This document shows positions 12,624 through 25,600 of a DNA stretch of 64,000 bases, piece after piece. The stretch spans positions 7,192,001 to 7,256,000 of the forward strand of contig OZ176054.1 in NCBI GenBank assembly GCA_964247055.1, read 5' to 3'. The number at the start of each line of letters is the position of its first letter. Position 1 is the stretch's first letter. Made by a program: the position numbers and the translations under genes. The notes below the pieces were generated by a model that made no database searches, was not told the DNA's origin, and saw only the letters and a list, made by a program, of their open reading frames with translations. Origin of the DNA: Paragordius varius (taxonomy: Eukaryota > Animalia > Nematomorpha).

Positions 12624-14667
12624 TAATGTGACCAGATATTTGGAACCCTGGCGCAGTACAAAATTAAAACATATTTTGCCTATTTTTTAACCGGATTTTT
12701 GGCGTTTTATATTAAATAATATTGTTCATTACTATTTATAAGCTCATTAGTAACAATTAAAATATCCAACAATAAATTTATTAAAAATTTAATATAAATG
12801 TATGTACATATAATTATATCATATGTTATATATATGGATATATACTAGCGTAAATCTCGTACTGCTACGCAGCCTAAGGAAGTTCTTCAGACTGGTGGGG
12901 CTTTTTAAAAAAAGGGACAGTAAAATGATCCACATATGTGGATTATTTCGAAACAGCTATGATCTCATAGGAATTTCAAAACGGTGCATTCATACTAATA
13001 TATTGTTTACTTGGGCGAAAAATAAATTCTAAAAATTTGAATTTTTAAAAATGGCATTTTACGGGAGGAGCGGGTAAAAAGAGGGCCTTAATTAAAAAAG
13101 CGAGACGACTATGTTCGGCGCAATCGAATATAAGTAAACAAAAATCGTATTTGAAATTGAATAGTCCAACACGTTTTCCAGAAAATTCTCTCAAAGACAC
13201 GATTTTTGTCTACTTCAGTTTTCAAAAAAAACCGTTTTTTACACGGGGTAGGCCCGAACTGGGGGCCTAATTCAAAAAAGGGCAAAGAAATTGTCGGGGC
13301 ATTCATTAATGATTATATTTTATCGACATTTGGATTTGAATGGATCTACCGGTTTCCTGGAAATAGATCACCAAGCTTTCCATTTTTATAAATATATAGA
13401 TTATAATGGAATGTTTGTTTTAAAAAATGCTAATTGTCAAAAACAATATAATTACCAATACATGATAATAAAAATAGAGGGAAACAATATATCTGGTTTT
13501 TATAAGATGTTGCCGTGCAGATAAAATCATTCACACACGATCTTATGAAAGTTCTGTTCCATAGCTTTTTAGAAAAAATTACTATTTGACAGCAGGTAAA
13601 ACTATGCGTCGATGAAAAAAAGATAGGTGAATGGATTGAAAATTATTCAAATGCGGACTTTGCTACAGTGTAAAATTGAAAAATAATTCAAATAGTTCTG
13701 AGTCTACCCAATCAATGGTATATGACGTGACATAATTATTAATAAATAATTATTTTTTATAATAGTAATAATATCTAAAAATAATAAATTATATATATTT
13801 TTCAGATTTATGTATTTGTCCCAATAATTTATGGTTTTGCGAAATTTTTTCTAAAAAAGCTTCACAATTTTCTTCTGTATTTTTGACTATTTGCTTACAA
13901 AGTATATATTGTGAGTTGTGTTTTTCCGTAGTCCATATTTTGTTTATATGAAAAGGCATGGAAAAGAAAATTAAAAATTATTATGTGTGTGTGTGTGCTA
14001 AAATTAAAATAGGTCTATAAATTTGTTTATGCACAAAAGAATGAAAAGACTGGCTAAAAATTAAAGTTTAAGGAAGCAAAAAATTAAGGAACATACCTCC
14101 CGCCCAAAACATAAAAAAGTTGTTTTATTCCTAGAAAAAAATGGTTATATCGAAACCAAATATAATGAATTTTAAAAATAATATGCGGAAATATAAAAAT
14201 TTTCCGTCTTGATAATTATAATTAAAGTAAACTCAAATAAATTTAATTTAGCTGAAACTTATATGAAACAAGATGAATTTTTAAAAGATGAAATTACTGA
14301 AATATTAATTTATTTTTTGTTTATTTTTGAGGTCGCTTTTGCGGAAGCCCTGAGTGAAAGGTTGGCCTAAATCTGGAGTCTGATATTGATAGTTCCGCCA
14401 CTTCGCTAATCCATGTATAATTAGAGCAGAAAATAAAATATTAAAATTAAAGGCCATAGTTTTTTACAGTTAAAAAACCATTTATTTATTTTGACTAAGG
14501 GTACTCTATCGAATTCTACAAACAAAACTTGTATAAATAAATGGTAATTAAAATATTTATAAAAAAAAATTTTCAAAAAACAGTACAAAAGTCAGGGAAG
14601 TACAGGCGCGGTTTTTTTTCGAAAACCCAGTACTGTACTGCGAAAAACAGCCTATCTGGTCACTTTA
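12624..14667. mobile_element. Nested non-autonomous hAT element with the same TIR type
   Basis: TAATGTGACCAGA at 12624 and TCTGGTCACTTTA ending at 14667, with shared CAGTAC subterminal motifs. The target CATGGAAT lies directly left (12616-12623) and again at 14670-14677, offset by 2 bp. Confidence 0.75.
12845..13400 (-). mobile_element. Non-autonomous Helitron, copy 3 (556 bp, array absent)
   Basis: On the minus strand: A|TCTATATATTTATAAAAATG ... GCTGCGTAGCAG hairpin ... ATTTACGCTAG|T. Inserted between A and T with no TSD. Confidence 0.9.
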
Positions 14668-14800
14668 ATCATGGAATCAAATTTAAATGTTGAATAAAAG
14701 CCATTTTATGTGTTCAAATATAATTTAAATTATGAAGACTTATACAATATTTTAAGTAATTTTGTTTATTTTTTAACACAAAAACTTTAAAGAAAATATT

Positions 14801-16554
14801 TTATTCTTTGATATATTTTTTGTTTGAGTGAATGCGTTTTAGCAGATTGTCATCATTTTTTAAAATATTGTTGAAGTCTTCACAAGAATTTGTCAAATTA
14901 TATTTGACAGATAAAACGGCCTTTTCCGATGTCCACACCCGATTTGTGGAAAAAACGGGCTCAGTAGAAGCGTTGGTTCCAGGTAAAGATAGTGCGAATT
15001 CCACAATTTTTAAAATATTATTGTATGTAATATAGTTGGCTTCAAAATGATGAAATATTTCCAACCATTTCTTTTCTACTGCATATTTTTCTTTTGTCCA
15101 TAATTTAAGTTTTTCATTATTAATATATCTTTTAACTAATGATACTTCAGAAAAAGATCATTTTCTGAAAGATTATTTTTTGAGAATTTTTGGGAGCAGA
15201 TATAAAATGATTTTTGAAATCGCACCAATTAAATTCTGATTTTAATGTTATCCAATGAAAATGATCAATTTCATTGAATTGCGTCGTCCAGTCTTCCAAA
15301 TAATCTTTACAGTTTGTATAAAACATTTTTATATAATACAGGATATCTTGGCGATTTATTAAGCCTTGTTTTTCTAAATTACTTATTATATTGTGGATGG
15401 TTAATGGTATAAAATTATTTTCTAACCGTTCTTGACATTGGAATTTTTGGTTATTAACTTCATTGGCTACTTTGATTGCTGAAATTTTGTCTTCTATAAA
15501 TTTAATAACATTTTGAAAGAGAGAAGCTTGATTATGTAAGAATTTTAAACATATTTTTGAAATATCACTTTCAAAAAACTTTTATAAAGTTGTAGGACAT
15601 TTGTCCTGTGATAAAAAAAATATTTTAAAGGATCATACATTTTTAAAATTCTCTCGATAGCTGACATCCAAGCATTTTTTGATATTGAACTTCTGCATTT
15701 TCACAGAATTCTTTAGGCGTTTCAACACGTACCGTGTATATATAAAAATAGGAATATATTTTAACAACTACATTTTCCACATCTAGGGGTAACAAATCAG
15801 CAGCTATTTGAATAGCGGTGTGTATTATATGCGCTGCACACCCAACGCCAATAATGTTTTGATTAAGATTATCTGTTAATTTATGAAAATATTTTCAAAG
15901 TTCGTATTGGTGTTGTCAGCGCAATATGCGATAATTTTGTCTTTTAAATTATTTTTTTCAAATATTACTTCGGAATTTTCACGGGGTAGAGAAATTAAAT
16001 CTGAAATATTAATTTTGCTCCTGTTTTTGAATCAAAATATCTTATTAAAGTGGGAATAATTTTGTTTCATGGTGATTTGATGCATCAGAGTATACAATAA
16101 ATTATTTTTCAGCAAATCTTTTTGTATTTCAGAAAATGCATGTGGAAAGGACATTGCACAAAATGGCTTCAGCCTTTGTACGGGCACATGTAATTTTTTT
16201 ATGGAACGTGCGAATAACTTGAGAGGTACAGTCCATATATTTAAAGGAACGATTGTGATTAACGGCGTGAAATGATAACACGCCCTCAGCTAGTGCCAAA
16301 TTCTTTTCTTCCTCTCCAAAAGCGGTTTTTCGAAAAAAATCGCTTATTTTGTAAGATGATGCAGCCATATCTAAACATTTTTTATGTTTCTGTGTTTCCG
16401 TATGCTTTGTAATATCATGCTTGCCGCTATGTGCTAGGGTGAATTCCCCCTCGCATATAAAACATTTAACAGATGATTCATTCTTCGTTCTTTTGATAAA
16501 AGGAAAATCTTTCATTAATTCATCTTTGAATTTACAACCTCTTTTTGTGCTCAC
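14801..16554 (-). pseudogene. Frameshifted hAT transposase
   Basis: N-terminal zinc-finger-like region (KCFICEGEFTLAHSGKHDITKHTETQKH, ORF 16554-16129). Middle motif AIQIAADLLPLDVENV near 15800. C-terminal dimerisation motif IVEFALSLPGTNASTEPVFS (ORF 15064-14801). The middle is broken by stops and frameshifts. Confidence 0.9.
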
Positions 16555-18924
16555 ATTTATTATACTATTAGTATAATAAATATTATATTACCTTAATTTT
16601 CTGGAATAAACGTGTAAGGTATCGATTTGTGGTATCAATTTGTCTTTTAAGCTACCGATTTGTGGTATTAATTTGGCTTTTTGATATGTTAGCAAGTAAT
16701 AAAACTAAAATATTAGCATAGTAAATATTATATTACCTTAATTTTCTGAAATAAACGTGTAAGTTACCGATTTGTGGTATTAATTTGTCTTTTAATCTAG
16801 AAATTTGTGGTATTAACTTGGCTTTTTGAAGCAAAGTGTATAATCATATGATATAAATTCGAAAAAATAAATATTTTTAATTCAAAAATAAAAAATAATT
16901 GAATAGATTTTAAAGATATTTAATGATAAAAAATTTAAACGGATAAAAAAATTTATTTGTATTAAAAAAATTTTTTTTATATAATGGTGAAAAAGGACAT
17001 TTTAAAAACATAGCGGGACGCGGGACAAAGTGTGAAAAAGCGGGACGTCTGGTCACGTTATTTATACATCATAGTGACAATGACTAACTACCTTTCGCTA
17101 TCAGTATTTGTGCTTTTGAATAAAAATAATTGGCTAATTCATTTTAAAAAATTTGGGGTTCTTGACTTAAAAATATTATCTATGGACCAATTTATAAGCT
17201 GCATTTAAATGATGTAAATTTTAGATATTCATATATAGTAGTCAAATAAATAAAATGAATATTTAATGAACTATCAAAACTGATTCAAATAGTTATATTT
17301 TCCCGACACGTGAATATCGTGTGTGCATAATATATATTTTATATATTGACGCGTTTTAATAAATTCATATTTTTTATAATTTGACATAATTGTAATCCAA
17401 TTATCACCGTTGATACTGCCATTATAAGCGATCAAACACAATATCATTTTTACCGTTCAAAAAAACTCTAGAATACGATTAAATATTTTTAAAGCGTGTT
17501 ATATCTTATAAATAGTATTTTAAGACCATACCTAATTAAAAACAGAGTAAATAACCAATAAGGCATATTAACCATTACACTTTTAATGCAAAATTTCACG
17601 ATAATCCTAAGATTTTAAATTTATTGAAAACTATTAAACAATTAATTTAATTGCAGAAAAAGTTTATTTTAATTTTAATTGGTTTTGGTAAGAATTACAA
17701 TTTAAAATATTTGTTAATATATGAGAATAAGCCGATATCTACGCCAGAAAGTGTGTGTGTTTATAAACAACAACGATAATATAAAAATGTTTATATAGCA
17801 GTATAAAAGTAGCATACAAAATATACTATACATATACATACATATAAGAAAGAGGTTGTTTTATATTATTGTATTGTGAGCTACACAATATAAAATTATC
17901 TATATAATGAATGCATTTTTTTATCATTTTACAATTTTATACTCTTTCACAGTTTGTGATTTTCCCTATTTTTTTTCGATTTCATATTTTCCTTATATTG
18001 CCTAAATAAGGCTGGCTATATCAATTCCCTCTCTTCCTAAAATTTGAACAATATAATAATTTAATTAAAAGCATCAAACTTATTTCAAGATCTTGAATAA
18101 ATCACCCGCTAAAATATAATCCATATTCTTCTATATCCGTAAAATGTCACTCAGATAACAGGTTAATTATTTGTTTTTATATATACATTTTTCAGCTATA
18201 TTTTATAATTAAATATTTATCTTTGAAATATAATAACTATATTTTTAATATTTAAAATATACAATTGGCTCTAACGGTAAATTGGATTAGTGTTTTAAAC
18301 ATAAAATAATCGATTAAACACATTTTACATTGCAAAAGCAGTTTGTGTTAACTTTTTGATAAATGGTATATTTCAACGCAAATTCATATAATTTTTCCAT
18401 ATTTAAATATTCTTACTTGGAATCACCATGGTTTCTTAAATTTATTTACTTATTTAAATATTTATTTGATATTGATTTGACCCTTGTGCATATGTAAATA
18501 TTTTTTTTCATAGTAGTTTTTGGCCATATCCTATTTTTACAGTCTTGTACTCTTTTATTGTTAGCTATACTACCTCTTTAAATTAAAAACAAATATTTAT
18601 TGAAATTGTATATGAATTTTGGAATTTCAAAATTAATTAGCGAAAAGAATCTTATTTTATATTATATATATTTTTTATACAACTTTTTGATAGATAAATA
18701 AGATGTATAAATTATATAACATATACTAATTTTCATAAAAAGTATTTTTGCATAAAATTACCATTATATCCTCCGCATGTAAAATATATGTTTGTTTGCC
18801 TTTTTGTTAATATTTTTACCTATGTCATATTGTAGATTATATATATAAATGTATTATATAAATTTGCCAAATTTTATATTTATATTAGATTATTTTGAAT
18901 CTTGTGGCATTTAATTTACAACAA

Positions 18925-18947
18925 TATATATATATATATATATATAT
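18925..18947. repeat. (TA)n microsatellite; similar tracts near 32027-32049, 41275-41291 and 58745-58764
   Basis: Direct reading of the dinucleotide runs. Confidence 0.9.
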
Positions 18948-20432
18948 GATTAAAAATGAAACATTAATTTAAATATAGGCGTTAGCTATCAATAAGTCTC
19001 TTTTTTACTTTAAATATAAGAATTTCTTTTAATAACGCACTATGAGTATGTTGTAAAATATAACACTCCCTCATACCAACTTGTTCCCCTATCTATTTCT
19101 ATATTGATTTTTGTTTAAAGTTGCGTTTTTTTCATTATAACATTAACATGGTTTCACATTTTTATATAGTATATAGTTTTTCTAAAAATATTTAAGGAAA
19201 TTTTATGTATTATGGGAAAGCTTTATATTTTCTTTAATCATTTTATTTTTAAAAGTAAAAAATAAAAAAAATAAGTTAAATTTGTTTTTTTGTACCTTGT
19301 TGTGTATGACAAAGTTTTTACAGGTAAAAAATCATCATATTTCTTTTGATATATTTTTATCAAAAAAATGATAATTATATGAACTTTTCAAATCAAACGC
19401 GCACTTGTTTTAAATACAAATAAAATTAGGGCCTACTGTATCCATGTATTAAAATATATTGTTAAAATTAAATTACTTCGAGAAGAAATAAAATATTTAA
19501 TAGTTTTTAATTAGGCTTTTTTGAATTTGACTTGTTAAACTTTATTAATCCAAAAATATATAATTTTTATTTTTTGTTAGCTAAAAGATGTGATTATTAA
19601 ATATTGTTTATTAATAATCCATTTTAATCATTATTTGCGTTTATAAATAAATTAAAACATTATAAAGTTTGGACTTTTTTTTGAAATTTCTTGATTGAAA
19701 ATAGTCATAAATTTATAATGGTAATTTATATTTTGGCAAAATTGTACGTGACTGTACTAACAAAAAGCGAAAAAAGCTAAACATAATTATAATGATCATT
19801 TCCAATCGATTTACTTCTAGTAATAACTATAACCCTATTATCACACAAAATCATTTAAGTTTATTTCAAGTTTTGTTTACCCGCGAGAATATTTAAAATC
19901 CCGAGTAAAATATTTCATCTTTTTTTAACAAAATTTATGCAAAATTGATATTGCTTTAACAAATTTTACCAAATACGTCCTTCCATTTTGGCAATGACCT
20001 AGCAAAAATTTTCAAAATAAATTGTTGTTATACTGTGTGTAATTTAGATAAAGTTTTATGTTTGAAATCTAATAAAATATTTTTTTAATCCCCATATTTT
20101 TTCGAATGCGGCCCACAAAGCCACATTTGTGTTGGAGACCGCTGATGACATTAAAATATCAGTGATATAATCTTTAGCGAAAAATAGCATTGATGACTAC
20201 ATTAATTTGTGTGCGGAAAAATGCTAATTTATTATCTTTACGTATCAACGTATGAAAACTATGTAATATATTTATTTTCCACAAAATACGGTGCTTTTAA
20301 ATTATAATTACACTATGAGTAAGTATATATTGCTAGAAAGTTATTAATTAGTAAGAAGTGAAAAAATAACTATATGTCAATAATACTGCCCTTTGTTGTA
20401 TATGCTATTTGGCAATACAGTATGCTTTTTAA

Positions 20433-20584
20433 TGGTTGCTTATTTTACACTATCGTTGGGCAATTTGCAATATAGTAGTGTATGCAAAAAAGAAAAGTAA
20501 AAAATTGTTTTTTTAACATTTTGCTGTTTTTCCATATACTACTGTGTTGCGTAATACCCTACTATAGTGTAAAATAAGCAACCA
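20433..20584. mobile_element. Small TIR element flanked by TTAA
   Basis: TGGTTGCTTATTTTACACTAT and its exact reverse complement ATAGTGTAAAATAAGCAACCA form the ends. TTAA at 20429-20432 and 20585-20588. Confidence 0.65.
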
Positions 20585-20588
20585 TTAA

Positions 20589-21170
20589 CACTTCGATTCA
20601 AATTGGGGTATCTAAATACCCCAGACTATATTTAAATTAAGATTTTTAAAAAACTACTGAAGCAAACGGTCCCAATTTAAATTTATGCTTCTATCCTGAT
20701 AAATATTATATAAATATGCCAAAATGTCTTGATAAAATTTTGTTTTGAAAAAAAAGTTACATCTCAATCTACTTCGACGCCATTTTTATTTTACAAAAAT
20801 TTTGCAAAATATCGTCTTCATTTAATTTTAAGGGTAAAACTAAAGCTTATTTTTTATATAAATTACATCTAACATTGATAGAAATAGAAAAAGCGGTTTA
20901 TTTTGTATTATTTTTTTATTTTACAATTTGACACATGTCACGTTGACTAAATTTTTACCTTTCAGTTTTAGCTCAAAATAAGTAATATCAGGTATTTTTG
21001 AATAAGTTTTTTTATATATTTCGGTTTATTAATGTTATATAAGTGCAAAATTTTGCCATGGTTTCGATTGCTTCCACACTTTGTAAAGTATTTGATTTTA
21101 AACAGGCTTGGGGTATCCAACTACCCCAATTTGAATCGAAGGACTAAAATGAGTGTGTTGTATCCAAGTG
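20589..21170. mobile_element. piggyBac-like (TTAA) MITE
   Basis: TTAA|CACTTCGAT ... ATCCAAGTG|TTAA, with subterminal repeat CTTCGATTCAAATTGGGG. Homologous copies at 30534 and 42385. Confidence 0.8.
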
Positions 21171-22608
21171 TTAAAATGCATACTGTAATTAATAACTTTC
21201 TAGCAATGTATACTTACTCATACAGTAAAACCAACTATTTTTAATCAATTTTCATAATTCTCTGGGTATTTATGATTTGTAGATACGTCGTGTTAAAGGT
21301 GGAAATAAATAATTTATTAAAATCTTAAATTTTCGTATACAGGTATCGCTCGAGTTTTTTATGGAAGTAAACCATAATAAAGTAAAACGAAACAATTTAA
21401 ATTTCCTAATCCGTAATATTCAAATTGCTGGTAAAGACAAAGGAAAGCATAAAAAATCGTTATAAAATGAAAAAAACTTGCAAATATATATTTTTTAAAC
21501 AAAAATGGGAGCTTAATTTAGAGTTTGATTAGATACAATGCGCCCATAATTTTTTCGCTAACTCATATGTAGTCCCATAGAATATTATTGTTCACGAATT
21601 AACAAACTGGTATTGCCTCTACACAATTAATATTGGGTGATTTTACCTTTTATTCTTTTTTTAAAAAATATGTTTTTCACTTTTTTTTCATGCTTTTTTT
21701 AGAATATGTTGGAATCGTTAAGTTTTTATTATGTATGCACATAAGGCGTTTTGATCCCATTACAAAAGCCGACTTTCTCTTCTGACTAATAATAACTTTT
21801 GTTTTTAAACAAACAAATAAAATCCGCACTGTTCTCAAACCTTGTTTTCCAAACCCTTCTTAATTATGCTAAAAATTGTTCTAACAACCAAATATTTAGA
21901 TTAAACAAAGTTGACTCATAATTTTATCATATTTTGTATTTTTGCGTTCATTTTCGCATTTTATACGATTACACTTTAATTTTTATAAATAATTGAATTA
22001 AAATAATTATATTATTAAATATTTCGGTCTTTTTGAGATAATAATAATAAAATGATAAATTATCATAAACAGACAGGGTTTTTAGGTAAATTGCTTTTTA
22101 ATTTGTCATTTAAAATATCATTCAGTCAAATACCTCATAGTTTTAAATTAAAACACAACATATTATGTTGGTTGATTGCAACAGTTTGACACTTATTACA
22201 TATTTATATGGGCTTATTTTATATTGGAAAAGCAATATCTTGTGAGCTAACAATAATTCCTTTATATTTACCCATACTGTAATTAATAATATGCCAAAGT
22301 TTACAATTTTTTCATTTGTCTTTTAAATATTTTATCAAACTCATTATAGATAAATTAACCTGCAAGATCCATGCTGAAAAATCTTGGAGAAGAAACAAAC
22401 GTAAACGTGCCTTTAATCCCACCAATCTCATCAATAGGAAATTAGGATGCGATTCTAATCATTCCAACTCTTTTCTACTATCATCTCTGGATATATTTAT
22501 TAATCAATAGCTATCAACGAAACAAAAATTATTTATTATAATGTTTCAATAATCAACTGTATATAAACCTCCTTCTTAACTTTCCAAAAATAATTATAAT
22601 ATATATAT

Positions 22609-25600
22609 ATGAGCAATAAATCGCGACAACCTTGGGATTGTACGATATGTACGTACAAAAATCCCTTCAATACATTCTCTTGTCAAGTGTGTGGCACACG
22701 AAAAGGCACCTCAACCAGGTAAATTAACTTGAATATATAATAATATTTTTGTACATTTAGATTAAAATCGTTCAGCAAATTTTATTATCTCCTTTGATAA
22801 AAATTAAATAAATAAGTATTTTATAGGGTGTCCATAAAGAAGAATCAAGAATTACTAATCATTGTGAAATTAATTTTACTGGAAATATGTCATCTTAATT
22901 ATATTATATAATTTATTATACTACACATATTATGATTTCAAGCAAATATTATTAAAAATTATTGATTATTTCCCAATTTTTAAATAATAAGTTAAGAAAT
23001 CTAGATATGTGATACTAAAAAATTTGTCCCTATAAAATCAAACCCTTTGAACATTAATACAACAATTATTGGTTATTTCGCCATTTCAACTGATCAAAAA
23101 ACTTACATCTTTGCTAGTGCGTTTAATTTCAAATTACATTAAAATTTTTGAAAAATTTGACGTAATATTTATACTTTAGTGCTTATAAATCAAATTTGAG
23201 ATTGCATTAAAAATTATAAATTTTTGTTAGTTTACTATTGGTTAATTTATTAAACCCTTAAGAAACCAAGATAATATAAAAAAGGATGTTAGAAGTTTAG
23301 TCAATATATAAGGCTGGAGATGCGTTGTTCCATTGATTTTTTCCATAGCTGTTTAGCATAATAATGCTATTGTCCGTTTATTTATTAAATAATATGAAGG
23401 TGGCAAACAATCATAATATAGGTTTTCAGTGCTGTAGAGATGGATAATTAAAATATTTAATATAAGAATCGCGTATATTATATAGAATAGCAAAGAATTA
23501 TTCTTTTTGATAAAATAATTATATTTTAATAGCCGTAAGTTTTTATAATAGATGATTAAACTTCAATTTTAATTACCTCGATGTTTTATTGGTGATTTGT
23601 TTACGATTGGCGATTCTTGTCGATTGATACCAATATCTCAGACTGTTACTTAGTTTTTAGAAACTATAAAAGCATGAAGGGTGTTTAGTAATATCTTTAT
23701 TTGCCTTTTGTAATTCTGGAAAGAAAAATAGATCCCTCCTGATGTGTTTAAAGATCGGCCGCCAATATAATTTGTGAGATAATATCAAAAAACTTTTGGC
23801 GATAAATTACCTATTGTGCCACATAATAAAAATTTTAAACCGGTATGTAGGTGCTTACTCTCAATTATTTCCCTGGTAGCGGTTTTATTGGTGCTTTTAA
23901 CATACTTGTGAACTGAACACAGTTAATTTACTTATTTGTTAGTAATGGACATATCCAAGCGCCTGAACAAAGTTTAATAAGGGTGTCTTTTGTCGCTATA
24001 ACCTATTATGTTTAAATGTGAGCATCACACATGTATTTAGACATCACCATAGCTACTCTATATTTTTTGTAAGATATGCGACAGATGGAAGATTGTAATG
24101 CTTAAGTGTATACAATGATGTCAAACCCGTTGTTTTTTCTTGCTACCTGTATTTTGCAAACGCATATAGGTAAAATACGTTGGTAATGAATGATCGGTAT
24201 AAATGAAGTATCCGTATGTTAGTAAGTTTTTCGCTTGGATCGTTTGACAAGTTCTAAATTCAATCAGTGCGTCAATTATGACAGTTTGTTTTACAAGATT
24301 CTATTTATCCCATGCTTATATTTTAACCGCATCTAGTTTTTAATTATAAGACGCGATTTAGCCTCAATGAGGGCCATTTCAACGCGGTTACCTTATGGGG
24401 TTTTTGTCATGGTATTGTTAATGCTTCCTATAATATTTACATCGCCTTTAACCTCTTAATATGTGTGAGTTTGCGTATATATTTTATTTGTAAAAATTTT
24501 CTCATATCCAAACATGCTATCGTACACATATAACATCTTTTCCGCCTGATATATATCACTGGTATTGTTATGACTTTAAATTGGACTGGTTATGGATTTT
24601 AATTAAAAAATTTTCTAATTTGAACAAGTTTTAGTGGTTTTACATTTAATAATTAAAATTTTATATCAAATTTAAAATCATTTGTGATTGATTTTAAACT
24701 CATCAATAGTTAAACGCTTCAAATATTATAAAGATTGGAGAATCACTGTTTTTTCCTTGTCAAGATTGTCTTGAAAAGTATGGAAAAAGGTCCGTATCCG
24801 GCCTGGGTATCATTGAGTATTTGGATATAAGTATATGTAGCGTTTTTCATCTTAATAGTGGAAGATCGTAAAATCTTATCTCTTACGTTTGTATTATATT
24901 TAATTCTCATCGACTTAAAGATGGTTGGTTTACATCCAAACGTATATATACCATAAAATTAAAAAACCATAGACCATTTAAATTTTTTACAATAAAAATA
25001 TGTCCATTCAAATTTATAATGCTCTTCTCATTGCTTTTTCCTCTCTAGTTTTTTATTTTTGCAAAATATATTTAGCTAAACTATTTTTTAATATGTAGCT
25101 TATATGAGTAACGGCTTTATTCATTTAGCGATTGCCATCTAAAACTATAAATACCATTTTAATATATAGAAAACCTAAAATGACCTCATCTATTGCTACA
25201 CAACAAAATACCAAAGTGAAAACTAAAACAAAACAATCTCAAAATATTACCAATTCTAACAATCCTTCGGACAACAATAATAATAACACGTCTAATGTTA
25301 ACTATCCAGTGGAAACTCCCAAAACTAAAACAAATATTGGTAGAAAGCGGGGCCGCATACCCAACAAACTCAAAAATATAACGCCTGAAAATGCAAAACA
25401 CGATACAAGTATTCCTGCCAATGTTAAAAAGAATAAGAATTCGATACCCTTAATGCCAGATAAACTAAATAAAATTTACAGCTCTGATGAAAATTCACAC
25501 AATGACGAGGAGTCTTCCGACGATTCAGATAGCTATATATCATCGAATGAAATTGATTCTTCCACAGATACGTGTGATCCAAACAGTAGTCTTGAAAGAC

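Larger units (their letters stand above)
11880..14760 (+). pseudogene. Second, oppositely oriented hAT transposase fragment, split by a nested element
   Basis: Plus-strand AIQTATDLLPLDVENI at 12079-12126 and a C-terminal IVEF.LSLP-like region near 12540-12600. The sequence resumes after 14677 as SNLNVE..KAILCV..YNLNYED. Boundaries are approximate and no TIRs of its own were found. Confidence 0.7.
11732..17060 (-). mobile_element. hAT DNA transposon (Blackjack-like TIRs) carrying nested insertions
   Basis: TIRs TAAGGTGACCAGA (11732) and TCTGGTCACGTTA (to 17060), with subterminal GCGGGAC repeats. Perfect 8-bp TSD TTTATACA at 11724-11731 and 17061-17068. Confidence 0.9.

Noticed and set aside
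17900-22520. Scattered exon-like minus-strand segments (KYDDFLPVKTLSYTT, IEIDRGTS, KEYKTVKIGYGQK, WVNIKELLLAHKIL, QKRKSAFVMGSKRL) that could be a gene head-to-head with RYBP
   Set aside because: I could not join them into a consistent frame or recognise a family. A gene here remains possible and needs RNA-seq.
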